Of a stretch of 64,000 bases of DNA, positions 40,794 through 51,687 are shown piece after piece. Every line of letters begins with the position of its first letter. The first letter of the stretch is position 1. This DNA is from an uncultured delta proteobacterium (GTDB lineage: Bacteria > Desulfobacterota > Binatia > UBA9968). The stretch covers positions 288,001 through 352,000 of the forward strand of contig CAWFJP010000003.1 in the NCBI GenBank assembly GCA_963816145.1, read 5' to 3'. Both the position numbers and the translations under genes were made by a program. A model generated the notes under the pieces. That model ran no database searches. It had not been told where the DNA came from and saw nothing but the letters and a program-made list of their open reading frames with translations.

Positions 40794-41539
40794 TTAATGA
40801 AAGATACTTCCCCCATCCACCACGATCGCCTGCCCGGTCATAAAGTCGCTGTCGGGGGAGCAAAGGAAAATCAATGTGCCCATCAGATCGTCCGGGCGTT
40901 TGCAACCGTTTGATCGAGCGCTCTTTGAGTTGCAATTCGGTTAGCGCTTTGGGAGCATTCTGCCCTTCGTGCTCGACCAGATCCCGGGGCGATGGCGTTG
41001 ACGCAGATGCCGAACTCGCCGACTTCCCGCGCCAGCGAACGGGTCATGCCGATGAGCGCCGCCTTCGATGCAACGTAGTGGAGAAAGTTCGGCGTGCCCC
41101 AGTAGGCGGTCGATGACGAGATGTTGATGATTTTACCCTGCCGCTGCTCTTTCATCTGCGGGAACACCGCCTTAGCGCAAAGAAAGGGTCCCTTAATATT
41201 GACCGCGGAGACTTTATCCCATTCATCGCCGCTGATTTCGTAAAACGGATGGCGCTGGATGTTGATGAAGATCGCTGCGTTGTTGATGAGAATGTCGATG
41301 CGGCCGAACGCTTTCACCGCCTCGGCGGCCATCCGGTTGGTGTCGTCTTCTTTCGACACATCGACCTTGAGCGCCAGCGCTTTGCCGCCCTTGACTCGAA
41401 TCTCTTCGGCGGTCACTTCTCCGTCGAGAATGTCGGCGATCACCACCGCCGCACCCTCTTCGGCCAAGCGCCGGCAGTATGCCGCGCCGATGTGGCGCGC
41501 GCCGCCGGTGACGATGGCAACCTTGCCTGCCAATCTCAT
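40794..41539 (-). CDS. SDR-family oxidoreductase, two frameshifts near C-terminus (~40980, ~40895)
   Basis: VTGGARHIG, NNAA, YVASK, VNAIAPG; C-terminus DDLMGTLIFL.S.DSDFMTGQ.IVVDGG.IFH* in a shifted frame; ATGA overlap with upstream gene. Confidence 0.85.
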
Positions 41540-43158
41540 GTCAGCCCCTTCAGATGTTCGCGGAAGTCCACTGGATTCCACCAGGTCTTTAACCCCAAGC
41601 TCTCGGCAATTACCTTCGCGGCGTTGTAGCCCGGCGCGCCGGTAATGTTGCCGCCCGGATGGCAGGACGAGCCGCACATGAACAATCCATCGATCGGCGT
41701 TCTATACTGCCCCCAGCCAGGAAACGGCCGGTTCTCCAACGCCTGATCGCCGGAGTATTCACCGACCATCCAGTCACCGCAGTACATGTTCTTGTCATGG
41801 CGCTCGATATCGAGTGGCGTGGTCGAATCGGTCGAAAGAATATTGTTCTCGTCCAGATTCGGCGCGAACTTCTGCCACACCGCCAGCTGTTTTTTGAACC
41901 AATCGTCGCGCGCTTTGTCCCAATTCAACGGATTGCCCCAAAGATTGTAGGTCATCAGCTGCCACATGAATGCCGTGGCTTTGCCCGGCGGCGCCTGGGT
42001 TGGGTCGTGATAGGACGGCGTGGCGCCGTTCATGAATGGTTTGCGCGGTAATTGTCCCGTGCGGCAGTCTTCGAACAGATTCTGCAAATCTTCGTAATCT
42101 TCCAGGCCGACGATATGCATGAACGAGCCGGCGACCTCGGGATACTTCTCTTCGGTGATATACTTGGGCCGCTCGTTAAGCGCCAGATTCGTCGCGAAGA
42201 TCGGCGTGGTCTTGGAGAAGCGAAAATTGCTCGCCAAGTCGGCGAACTTCGTATCGAGATTTTCCTTGCCGACGAGTTTGATAAAAGTCTCGACCGGATT
42301 GACGTTGGACGCGACAAATTTGCGCGCCTTGATCACCGTGCCGTCTTCCAACACCACCGCGGTGGCCTGTCCCTTGTCGACCAGTATTCTTTCAACCCCA
42401 TTCGCTTCGATATAATCAACGCCGTTATGGGACATCATGTGCGCCAGATTGTCACCGAGGGCATGCGACGTGCCGCGGCAAAGCTGCGGGTTGACGCCCC
42501 AGGCGATCATCGCCGGGATCAGATAACCGGTCTGCGGGGCATCCAACTCGTAGCCGCGCATCACGCCGAGAAAGCCGATGAAAGCGCGCACGCGCGGATG
42601 CTCGAAATGTTGCAACACGAACTCTTCCGGGGTGGTATCGAAATATTTTAGATATTCGCGCCCTTCCGCGGTTTTTTCGAGCAAGGGTTTCTTTTCGTCG
42701 AACGGCAGCGGCACGGCGTAGGTTTCGGTGAAGACGATCTTCTGCACCACAGGCTGCCAGCGCGTCCAGATATCCATGAACGACGCCGCATCTTTCTTGG
42801 AGAAGCGCTCGATGGTCTCGACGGTCTTTTTCACGTCGCTGAACCAGCCCAAATAAGTCTTGTCGAGAAAGTGATGCACGACGCCGGGGTCAGGCCGGTA
42901 GTAATGAATGCCGAAGTTCTCTAGCTCCAGATCTTTGTACCAGGGCAGCATCATCAAGCCGCGATGGAAGACGGAATGAATGTTATGCCAGAAGCCGGCA
43001 TAGTTGCGGTCCTCGTGGGAATCGAGGCCGCCGCCAACTTCCATGTTCTTCTCGACAACCATGATTTTCTGGCCGCACTTGGCCAGATATCCAGCGCAGA
43101 TCATGCCGTTGTGACCGGCACCGATGACGACGCCGTCGTATTCTAGGATTTTTGCCAT
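41536..43158 (-). CDS. Phytoene dehydrogenase-like NAD(P)/FAD-dependent oxidoreductase
   Basis: IGAGHNG, DPTQAP.GK, TPLDIE, YRTPIDGLFMCGSSCHPGG.ITGAPGYNAA. Confidence 0.9.
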   Translation of the reverse strand: MAKILEYDGVVIGAGHNGMICAGYLAKCGQKIMVVEKNMEVGGGLDSHEDRNYAGFWHNIHSVFHRGLMMLPWYKDLELENFGIHYYRPDPGVVHHFLDKTYLGWFSDVKKTVETIERFSKKDAASFMDIWTRWQPVVQKIVFTETYAVPLPFDEKKPLLEKTAEGREYLKYFDTTPEEFVLQHFEHPRVRAFIGFLGVMRGYELDAPQTGYLIPAMIAWGVNPQLCRGTSHALGDNLAHMMSHNGVDYIEANGVERILVDKGQATAVVLEDGTVIKARKFVASNVNPVETFIKLVGKENLDTKFADLASNFRFSKTTPIFATNLALNERPKYITEEKYPEVAGSFMHIVGLEDYEDLQNLFEDCRTGQLPRKPFMNGATPSYHDPTQAPPGKATAFMWQLMTYNLWGNPLNWDKARDDWFKKQLAVWQKFAPNLDENNILSTDSTTPLDIERHDKNMYCGDWMVGEYSGDQALENRPFPGWGQYRTPIDGLFMCGSSCHPGGNITGAPGYNAAKVIAESLGLKTWWNPVDFREHLKGLT

Positions 43159-43180
43159 AACCTATTTCTGTAGAAACACA

Positions 43181-43264
43181 TGGAACCTTTGAAACCACTG
43201 GAACGATTGGAACAAGCCACGACCGTGGTTCGAATCGTTCCAAAAGTTCCAGCGGTTCCAATCG
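43181..43264. repeat. Inverted array of 9-bp TGGAAC units
   Basis: Four tggaac-like units facing four gttcca-like units. Confidence 0.7.
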
Positions 43265-43275
43265 TTGTCAATCCG

Positions 43276-44856
43276 TTAAAGGTTTAGATCCTTTTTCATC
43301 ACCTTCCAGCAGTTATACCCCGACCCCGCAATCACAGCGTCGGCCGGATGCATTGCCACGCCGACCTGATACAGCCCTTGAATCGGCGTGCGGTAGTCGG
43401 AGATCTGCTCGATGGGGCGCATCTCGCCCATCTGCGTCGGAATCTTGCGCGCCACCCAGACCGAGCCGCGGCGCATGTTGGGCCAGCGCCCGGACATGTA
43501 ATAGGGCTCCATGGCTACTTTCATCGTGATGTTCTCGTCGGTCAAGTTGGTCGCATAGCGCCGCCAAATCTTTAGACACGTCGTCAAGAAATCCATCCTT
43601 TAGTTTGACCCAGTCCTGCGGATTTTTGCCTTTCAATTGAAACGGCACTGGCAAGATAGACCGATGCCGCGTGCTTGCCGGCGGGCGCCTGCAAGGGGTC
43701 GAAGGCGGTCGGACAAATGGCATGGAGACAGGCGTGGGTCGGGAAACTCGCCGGCGCGAATTTCTTGCCACATCGATTCGAGATCGGCCGGTTTCTCCGG
43801 TCCGATGTTGACGTTCATCGCTTGGCCGACCGCTGGGTCGTTGGCTTCGTGCAGGGCGTAACGCACCGGCGCTTTCAATGCCAGATGCACCTGAAAATAG
43901 GAAAACTCGTCGACCTGGATGTCCTTCACCCGCTCGAAGAATGTCCGCGGTAGATAATCCTCCCCCACCATGTCGACCAATGTCGCATAGGGATCGGCGT
44001 TCGACACCACCGCGAGCCGGGCATGCCATTCTCGGCCGTCGCGCAAGCGCACACCGATGGCTCTGCCGTCGGCGTTGATGAGGATTTTCTCGACATGATG
44101 CACCGCACGGATCTGCCCGCCGTTGCCGACATAGGCACGCTGCAAGACCTGGGCGATGGAATGCGAACCGCCGCGCGCCAGCTCGGGCTTCTCATCGCCG
44201 GCGATCAGCTTCAACACCTCGATGCCGCCGGCGGCGTAATCGATGCCGACGCCGCGCGGAATCGCCATCTGCGACAGCACCAGCGTCTTCACTGCGTTAT
44301 TCTCAAATAGTTCATCAACGACTTGCCGCGGCGTCAGCTGCCAGAGCCGTTTGAACTCCTTGCCTTCCGGTTCACTGTCCAGTTTCTGCAAAATCGCCCC
44401 GCTCTGTTGCGGCGACTCATAGTAGTAGGGGATCAAGTAATCGCGGATCAGCTGGTGAAACCGATGATGCAGGAGGCGCCAAGTTTCGCCGTCTTTGGTC
44501 GAAAGCCGTTTGATCGACGTAACCGTATGTTCGATGGACTGATGGTGCGCAATCGATTGACCGTCGGCGAGCAGCAGCGCGCTGATGACCGGCGGGGCGA
44601 CGAACTCGGCGTGGTGGCCATCTTCCCATTTCAGCTCTTTCCAGACCGGCGAGACTTCGCGGTTGTCTTGGAAATAAGCCAAGGTGTTGTGCCAGTAGCC
44701 GGGCCGCGTGATCTCCTCACTGGCGAGCCGTCCGCCGTTCTCCAACCGGCTCTCGCAGATGACGGTCTTGAGACCGGCCATACCGAGATAAGTGCCAAGG
44801 GCAAAATTATTTTGCCCGGCGCCAATCAGAATAACATCCCATTCACTGTCGACCAC
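43276..44856 (-). CDS. Phytoene dehydrogenase-like FAD oxidoreductase (paralog 2), three +1 frameshifts (~43740, ~43655, ~43598)
   Basis: IGAGQN..., GGRLASEE, ARGGSH, then FDPLQAPAGKH, PFQLKG and YRTPIQGLY.VG...HP...GSGYN in successive frames. Confidence 0.82.
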
Positions 44857-44918
44857 GAAATCCCCCAACAAGTGGAACCCCTGAAACGTTTGGAACCTTT
44901 GAAACCTTCTTGCGCAAC

Positions 44919-45935
44919 TCAGTTTTGCAAGAAGATCTTCCGGTACTCCGCCATCTTTTGCGCAAATGCCTCTTTATCCATCTCGATCATATCGACCAAC
45001 TGGATCTTGTTGGCATCCGGCAACGGCGGATAAATGCCCTTGCGAGTGACGAACTCGCCGATATTGGCCATGATCTTAAGGCTTTCTTCGCCGAGAAAGA
45101 AATCGATAAAAGCTTTGCCGCCGTTCACATGCGGCGCCTTGTTGGCCATGGTGATAGATTGTCCGTCGCCCATGAATTTCCCCAAACGGACGTAATCCAG
45201 CGGCACACCGGTGCGACCGTAGAAGACCACGTTTTTCAAAAATGCCACGCCGATGGGCGCCTCTCCCGTGGTGATACGCTCACCGGCAGGTGTCAGCGAC
45301 GACACCAACAGCGGTTTTGACGCAGCCAGGTCATGAATGAACTTATCGGCCCGCTCCTGCCCGATTATCTTGTGCAAGCTGGCGAGCCATTGGGCTGTCG
45401 TGGTGTGCTGGCTTGGATCGGGAAACACAACCTTACCTTTGTACTGCGGTTTTACCAGATCTTCGAGCGATTTGGGCGCATCAGCCGGTTTGACGATGCT
45501 GGTGTTGTAAACCACGCCGATCACCGTGCTGCGATAGGCCGGACCGAGATTGGGATCGATGACGGTTTTGGGGAAAGCCTTCGCCGACGGCGAATCGTAT
45601 TTGGCCAAAAGGCCATCCTTTTGAATCAGCCGGAGCGTCGAAGTCGTGGTCAACACGACGTCGGCCTGCGGTTTGCCGGCGCGCGCTTCAGCGCTCACCC
45701 GGTCGGTCACCTTATTCGCCGCATCGCGCCAGTAGTCGACCTCGAGCCCGGTCTTCTTTTTGAACGCCGCGGACAACAAGTCCATGGTATCGTTTTCCAG
45801 CGAGCCGTAAACCACGACTTTGCCGCCTTCTTTTTTCGCCGCTTCGATCAGTTTAGCATCCTGGGCGCGAGCATCGCTGTGCCAAACCAGCAGGGATAAA
45901 GCGAGGATTGCGAGCGTTTTCGAATGTTGCATCAT
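44919..45935 (-). CDS. Extracellular solute-binding protein, Fe3+/polyamine-type ABC family
   Basis: Signal peptide, EAAKKEGGKVVVYGS, PKSLEDL..P.YKGK, APH.N.GK.FIDF. Confidence 0.88.
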   Translation of the reverse strand: MMQHSKTLAILALSLLVWHSDARAQDAKLIEAAKKEGGKVVVYGSLENDTMDLLSAAFKKKTGLEVDYWRDAANKVTDRVSAEARAGKPQADVVLTTTSTLRLIQKDGLLAKYDSPSAKAFPKTVIDPNLGPAYRSTVIGVVYNTSIVKPADAPKSLEDLVKPQYKGKVVFPDPSQHTTTAQWLASLHKIIGQERADKFIHDLAASKPLLVSSLTPAGERITTGEAPIGVAFLKNVVFYGRTGVPLDYVRLGKFMGDGQSITMANKAPHVNGGKAFIDFFLGEESLKIMANIGEFVTRKGIYPPLPDANKIQLVDMIEMDKEAFAQKMAEYRKIFLQN

Positions 45936-46133
45936 GATAAACGGTGTCCTTTCCTATTCTTGGTGGAAGACCCTTAACTGCGTTATATCTATTAGCCTCA
46001 TGCCAGCATCGAGGCGCCACACGCTCGGTTGTACCGAGAAAGATTCTTCTAGGCAACACGAAAGATCGCCGCCTGGCGTGTTGTTCCATTGTCTGACCTG
46101 GTCCCATTTGCTAACCTAGCAACCAAATTGGAT

Positions 46134-47252
46134 ATGACCGCACAAGAAAAGCTTAAAAAAATCCGCGAAGAATTAAAACAAATGTTCCTCGAGCGCGGCG
46201 ACCTGATCGACGGCGCTCTGGCGGCATTGCTGTCGGCGCAGCATTTGCTGATCATCGGCCCGCCCGGCACGGCCAAGTCCATGCTCGCCGACGAGCTGTG
46301 CCGGCGCATCGAGGGGGCGAATTACTTTCAGTGGCTACTCACCCGCTTCACCACGCCCGAGGAGATCTTCGGCGCGGTGAGTCTCAAGGCCCTCGAGCAA
46401 GACGACTACCGCCGTGTCACCAACCGTAAACTGCCGGAAGCGCATATCGCCTTTTTGGACGAGATCTTCAAAGCCAACTCGTCGATCCTGAATTCGATAT
46501 TGACGCTGATCAACGAGCGGCTGTTTCACAATGGTAAAGAGATTGTCAAAGTGCCGCTCTTGACCCTGTTCGGCGCCAGCAACGAACTGCCCGAAGAAGA
46601 AGAGCTGACCGCGCTCTATGACCGCTTTCTGCTGCGCTTCGTGGTCGGCTATATCACCGAGGACTTCCGCTTTCTGCGCATGCTCGAGTCGCAAACCGCG
46701 CCGGAACGAACGATCTTGTCACTCGCCGATCTCAACGAAATCCAGCAGCAGACGCGCCAGGTCACGATCCCAGCTCACGTCTATCGCAGCATCGCCGATA
46801 TCCGCCGCGAGCTGAACAAGAAAAACATCCAAGCGTCGGACCGGCGCTACCACCAATGTCTCGGCCTGCTTCAGGCGTACGCCTTCATCGAAGGCGAAAC
46901 CGAAGTTTACGAAAAGCATCTCTTCTTCCTCGAGCATGTGCTGTGGCGCGACCCCGCCGAGCATGAACCGGTGCGAAATACGATTCGCGAGCTGCTGCTC
47001 GGTTACGAGGAAGAAATCACCGAGCTTTTGTACGAATCCCGGGAGGTTCGCGAATCGGCATTGCAAGCCGGCCGCTCCAGCGAAGAACGCGCACGCGCCT
47101 TGATCGAGTTGCATACCAAGCTCAAAAATATTCTCGTCAAAGTCGATCTGATCCTCGACAAAGCTAAACGCATGGGCCGGCCGCTCGATCGCGTCAATAC
47201 CGTGCGCGGCGAGATCGAACAGTTGCAGAAAGACATGCTGGAGCAGTTCTGA
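46134..47252 (+). CDS. MoxR/RavA-type AAA+ ATPase
   Basis: GPPGTAKS Walker A, FLDEIFKANS.ILN.ILT..NER, GASNELP, ALYDRF, SDRR. Confidence 0.92.
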   Translation: MTAQEKLKKIREELKQMFLERGDLIDGALAALLSAQHLLIIGPPGTAKSMLADELCRRIEGANYFQWLLTRFTTPEEIFGAVSLKALEQDDYRRVTNRKLPEAHIAFLDEIFKANSSILNSILTLINERLFHNGKEIVKVPLLTLFGASNELPEEEELTALYDRFLLRFVVGYITEDFRFLRMLESQTAPERTILSLADLNEIQQQTRQVTIPAHVYRSIADIRRELNKKNIQASDRRYHQCLGLLQAYAFIEGETEVYEKHLFFLEHVLWRDPAEHEPVRNTIRELLLGYEEEITELLYESREVRESALQAGRSSEERARALIELHTKLKNILVKVDLILDKAKRMGRPLDRVNTVRGEIEQLQKDMLEQF

Positions 47253-48827
47253 TGCCGCCAAGGCAGACCAAGAAAGCGCCGGCCAAACGGGTCTTCCAGC
47301 CACTTCCCAGATAACAGCTTTTGGATCGACAACGACGCCTACGACCGGCGCGTCTGGGAACACCTGCGCCGGGAATCGCCGTCCCTGCGCGAATTGGAAA
47401 ACAACGGCGCCACGCTGTTGCCGCACTTCGGACCGCTCTTGCAGGATATTTTTTGCCTGCTCTTCAAGAACAACATTCATTACCATGCTGACTCCGAAGT
47501 CTTGCCGAGCGCGCTGCTCAACCGCAAATTCCTCGACGCCGTTCACCAGGGCAGCCAGTACGACTTTTTGCGCGACCAAACTTTGTTGAATGAAGCCCAT
47601 GCCGGCCTTTCGACGCTGATACTCGGTGAACGGCTGCTCGCTCTTGTGCGCGAGGAAAAGTTTCTCAATCGGCGCGACCTGCGCGATCTCTGGGATATTC
47701 AGAAACAAGAAGACCTGGTCAGTCAGAAGATCGAAGAATACGACAATGCCGACACCATCCCCGAGGATCAGCTTTCCGAAACGGGCAAGAAGGCCTTGCA
47801 GAAAGCCAAGGAAAAGATGGCGGGTGAGGTCCAAGGCGCCGAAGCGCTGCTGCACCATAAGACCGCGCAACTCAAAGAAGACTTGAAGCAGCTGGCAGCT
47901 CAGGCGAAGAATCGAATGCAAGCCGAAGCGATCAAGGTCGCGCAGGAACTCGAAGACGCCACTGAAGAAGCCGAAACCTGGGGCAACACCATCGGCACCG
48001 GCGAGAAATCCCCGCCGGGGCAGAAACTGGAATTGGGCCGCCGGTTGGCCGGCAATGAGAAGCTGAAAAAGCTGGCGCGCATGGTCGGGCGCATGAAGTT
48101 TCATGCCCAGGCGTTGCGCAAAAAGGTTTTCGAGCGGTCGAACGAAGAACTCCTGGAAATCGAACAAGGCGACGCGCTCCATCGCTTGCTGCCGCACGAA
48201 ATGCTGAGCCTGCACCATCCGCTCCTGCGCAAGGACTTTTACCGCCGCTTTCTCGATCAGGAGCTGATTCAATACTCGCTGCGCGGCGTCGAAGAAAAAG
48301 GCAAAGGACCGATGATTGTCTGCCTCGACGGCAGCTCGTCGATGTCGGGTGACAAAGAGATCTGGTCCAAAGCGGTGACGCTAACGCTACTGGAAATCGC
48401 CCGCAAACAGCGCCGGCTGTTTCGCTCGATCTGTTTCTCCTCGGCGGAGACACCGCTGCAAGTCCTCGACATGAATCCGCGCGACCGCTACGAGGTCGAG
48501 ACCAAGACGATCATGGATTTAGCCGAATACTTCCCCGGTGGCGGCACTGACTTTCAAAAGCCGCTCGACGCCGCGTTGGAATGCCTGCGCGAATCCCGCT
48601 TCAAGAAAGGCGACGTTATTTTCATCACCGATGGCGAGTGCCAGGTCGATCCCCAGTGGGCGGAACATTTTCGTGAGGAAAAAGAAAAACTCGGCTTTTC
48701 ACTCTTTTCGATCTTGATCGACATGGGGCCGGCATCTCTGGGGACACTCAAAGAATTCAGCGACCGGATTTCGACCATCAAGCAATTGACCGGCGACGAG
48801 GCGAAAGAGATCTTTGTCAAGTTTTAA
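47252..48827 (+). CDS. VWA-domain protein (ViaA-like), one frameshift (~47305)
   Basis: TGATG coupling to the ATPase; RLLPHE, GPMIVCLDGSSSM (MIDAS), GGGTDF..PL, FITDG. Confidence 0.88.
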
Positions 48828-48878
48828 TGCCGCTGGGAAAATGTCTGAATCCCTCCCCGTCCGGAAAATTTTAGACTT

Positions 48879-48958
48879 GTCATGCCGGCGTAGGCCGGCA
48901 TCCAGGTTGGATTTCGGTTGTATCAAAAATACGAGATTCCGGCCTACGCCGGAATGAC
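48879..48958. repeat. ~80-bp paired palindromic element (copy 5)
   Basis: gtcatgccggcgtaggccggcatccagg ... gattccggcctacgccggaatgac. Confidence 0.82.
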
Positions 48959-49077
48959 GCGGATAAGGATAGACCTCTTGTCGGTGGAGGCTTTGGACCC
49001 CATCGGCCTTAACCTCAATTCATTCAATTCTTTCGCGTGATCCCCTTCATCAGCCGCATCCACTCACTCTTCACTCC

Positions 49078-50205
49078 TTACGCCGATTTCCGCGGGTACA
49101 GCGCATCGATCATCGCCCGCTTATGATAGAGCGGTGTGCCGAGATACTGATACAGCGAATGGGCCAACACGCTGTGCGCCATGAGTGGATGCTTGTAGTC
49201 GGTGCCGGCGCCGGCAAAAACCATGTGGGAAAAATTACACGACTGATAATACCCTTCGCTGGCGACCGCCTTGGCTTGGTGCACGCTAGACCGCGCCTCA
49301 ATGCCGGCGTCGAGTTTCCACAGGGTTTCGTACGTGATCCAACGGGCGCCGTCGAGATGGATCGAGATGTCTACGCAGTGATCCTGCACTCGCTGAAAGC
49401 GGCCAATGGGCTGGCCGAAGACCACGCGGGTGCGAGTATATTCGTTGGTCATTTCGAAAATTTCCTGGCACGCGCCGACTTTGTAGGCGCACAGGATCGG
49501 CAAGACTTTGCCCAGCGCCGACTCCACCACCGACCAGCCGCCGCTCATGCCGTTGAGCAGCCCGTCCCTGCCGACGGAAACGCCGTCAAGCTTCACCTCA
49601 GCCGCGCCGATCATGAAGCCGTCGACAACGTTTACCGTCACGCCCGGAGCGTTGCGGTCTACTAGCGCCAAAACAACTTGGCCGACCTCGTCACGCGCCG
49701 CGATAACGAAATGGCTCGCCGTCGCACCGTCCTGAACGAAGCGTTTGGTGCCGATGAGTTTATAACCATCGCCCGATTTGAATGCCCGCGTCTGCACCGA
49801 GCGGGGTCCGAATTGAATTTGATCGTCGGAGAGCGCCGGGATCACCACGGCGCTACCGTCACATATCTTCGGTAACCAATCTTTCTTCTGCTGCGCCGAA
49901 CCGCCGTCGAGAATCAGTTGCGCCGCCAGCACGCCGCACGAAAAATAAGGCCCCGGCAGCGGGCCGCGGCCGAGCTCTTCAAAGACTACCGCGCAATCGG
50001 TGCAAGACGCCCCGCCACCGCCAAATTCATCCGGCACGATCATGCCCAACCAGCCCAAATCGGCGGTCTTCTTGTAGAGCTCGGGTATGAACGCGACCTT
50101 TTTCTGATACCAGTCGGTAATCACATAGGGCGGTGCTTCAGACTTGAGAAAATCCGCCGCCACCTTTTTCAACATCTTCTGGTCGTCATTTAATTTGAGA
50201 TCCAT
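49078..50205 (-). CDS. Acyl-CoA dehydrogenase family protein (short, beta-type subunit)
   Basis: LGWLG..VP.EFGG.G, EELGR...PGP, R..FGQPIG.FQ.VQ. Confidence 0.88.
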   Translation of the reverse strand: MDLKLNDDQKMLKKVAADFLKSEAPPYVITDWYQKKVAFIPELYKKTADLGWLGMIVPDEFGGGGASCTDCAVVFEELGRGPLPGPYFSCGVLAAQLILDGGSAQQKKDWLPKICDGSAVVIPALSDDQIQFGPRSVQTRAFKSGDGYKLIGTKRFVQDGATASHFVIAARDEVGQVVLALVDRNAPGVTVNVVDGFMIGAAEVKLDGVSVGRDGLLNGMSGGWSVVESALGKVLPILCAYKVGACQEIFEMTNEYTRTRVVFGQPIGRFQRVQDHCVDISIHLDGARWITYETLWKLDAGIEARSSVHQAKAVASEGYYQSCNFSHMVFAGAGTDYKHPLMAHSVLAHSLYQYLGTPLYHKRAMIDALYPRKSA

Positions 50206-50243
50206 GAGACTTCTTTCCTCTCTGCATTCTTGGTACTGCTACT

Positions 50244-50291
50244 CCCCCTCCTATTTCCTCCCCCGCAAGCGGGGGAGGATGAAGGTGGGGG
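50244..50291. repeat. CCTCCCCCGC-N-GCGGGGGAGG palindrome (copy 2)
   Basis: Matches 24555..24604. Confidence 0.75.
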
Positions 50292-50333
50292 TGCGCCCTT
50301 TGCTAAGTCCTTTGCGGCCAAACCCTCTTCTTC

Positions 50334-51548
50334 CTAAACCGTCGTCGGTGCCGCTTCTTGCGCCGGACGGCCCAGGCCAAGCCGGCGCGCGATGATCAGC
50401 CGATCCGTGTCCAGCGTGCCGCCGCCGTGGAGCCAGCCCGGACCGCTGCGCACGGTGTACTCGAAATCCGCCACTTCATGCACCGAGTTGTCCGGCACCA
50501 AGGCGTCATAGCCGAGAATCCGCTGCACCCGTTCGGAGTTGCGCAGCCGGACCATGCGCTGGAAATAGAGATACTGCGGCCCGCCGTAGGTATGCGGTTC
50601 GCGCACATAGCGGTGCCAGAAATTGCGCAGACCCATCAAGCGCTGCACGTCAAGGTCGATCAGCATGTCGGCGATCTCGTCGCGGATATCCTGATCTTCC
50701 ATCAGGCTTTCACCGTCAAAATTGGTTTTTTGGCAATGCTCGATAATCCGTTTGAACAGCGGCTGTTCCGCCACGCTACCGCCGCCGCCATGCTCCAGTT
50801 CCAAATAGCTGTTGGCGACTTTCCAGCCGTTGTTCTCGCCGCCGACCAGATATTTGGCGGGCACCCGCACGTTGTCGAAAAATACGGCATTCTTGATGCC
50901 CATCATCAAGTGCATGTGCTGCAGGGTGATTCCCGGCAAATTGGCGGGGATATAAAGCCAGCCGAGATTCTCGTGGCGTTTGCCGGCGGGGTTGGTGCAA
51001 ACAAATGTCCAAAGATAATCGGGCGGCAGGTGATGTCCGACCAAGACCTTCTGGCCATTGACTACATAGTGATCGCCGTCGCGGATCGCCTTGGTCTGGC
51101 AGTTAGCGACGTCGCTGCCGCCCTGCGGCTCGGTCAAGACTTGCCACACCGCCAGTTCGCCGCGCGCCATCGGCGGCAAGAACTCCAATTTTTGCTCTTC
51201 AGTGCCGAACTTCATCAAGGCCGGCGCCACCAAACGCGCTAGGGTATAGAACACCGAGCCCAAAGACAGGCCGTACCGATCGATTTCGGTTTCGAGAACG
51301 AACTGGTGATCCAGGCTCAGACCGGCGCCGCCGTATTTCACCGGATAGGTTGGAAACAACCAGCGCTTTTGTCCTAATTTGCCCGCCAGCGCGCGGCGAA
51401 ATTTATACTCTTCATCGTTCTCACGGGTAGACCAGTTGCCCGACCAGCGCAGGTGCTCGCTGCCCTTCATATTCTCCGCCAACCAGGCGCGCACTTCTTG
51501 GCGAAACGCGCTGATTTCCGGGGTATCCTGCTGTAGACTGAAATCCAT
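50334..51548 (-). CDS. Acyl-CoA dehydrogenase family protein (alpha-type subunit)
   Basis: FRQEVRAWL, TEPQGGSD.A, YVVNGQK, VFFDNVRVP...VG.EN.GW, GGGT....IIARRLGL. Confidence 0.88.
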   Translation of the reverse strand: MDFSLQQDTPEISAFRQEVRAWLAENMKGSEHLRWSGNWSTRENDEEYKFRRALAGKLGQKRWLFPTYPVKYGGAGLSLDHQFVLETEIDRYGLSLGSVFYTLARLVAPALMKFGTEEQKLEFLPPMARGELAVWQVLTEPQGGSDVANCQTKAIRDGDHYVVNGQKVLVGHHLPPDYLWTFVCTNPAGKRHENLGWLYIPANLPGITLQHMHLMMGIKNAVFFDNVRVPAKYLVGGENNGWKVANSYLELEHGGGGSVAEQPLFKRIIEHCQKTNFDGESLMEDQDIRDEIADMLIDLDVQRLMGLRNFWHRYVREPHTYGGPQYLYFQRMVRLRNSERVQRILGYDALVPDNSVHEVADFEYTVRSGPGWLHGGGTLDTDRLIIARRLGLGRPAQEAAPTTV

Positions 51549-51687
51549 TGTTATTCTCCTTTTTTGTTACGCTTTCACTTGGTAAAATTTGACTGCTTCT
51601 TAGCACCGCGCGAAAAGCCGTAAGGGGTCAGGGGTAAAGGGTGGAGTGGTCCGCTCCGCAACGCCTGACGCCTCGCCAATCTTCCAG

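Noticed and set aside
40531-40935. 135-aa N-terminal extension of nitrile hydratase alpha in the ORF track
   Set aside because: It is composed of the frameshifted SDR tail and translated intergenic palindromes; the real start is ATG 40530.
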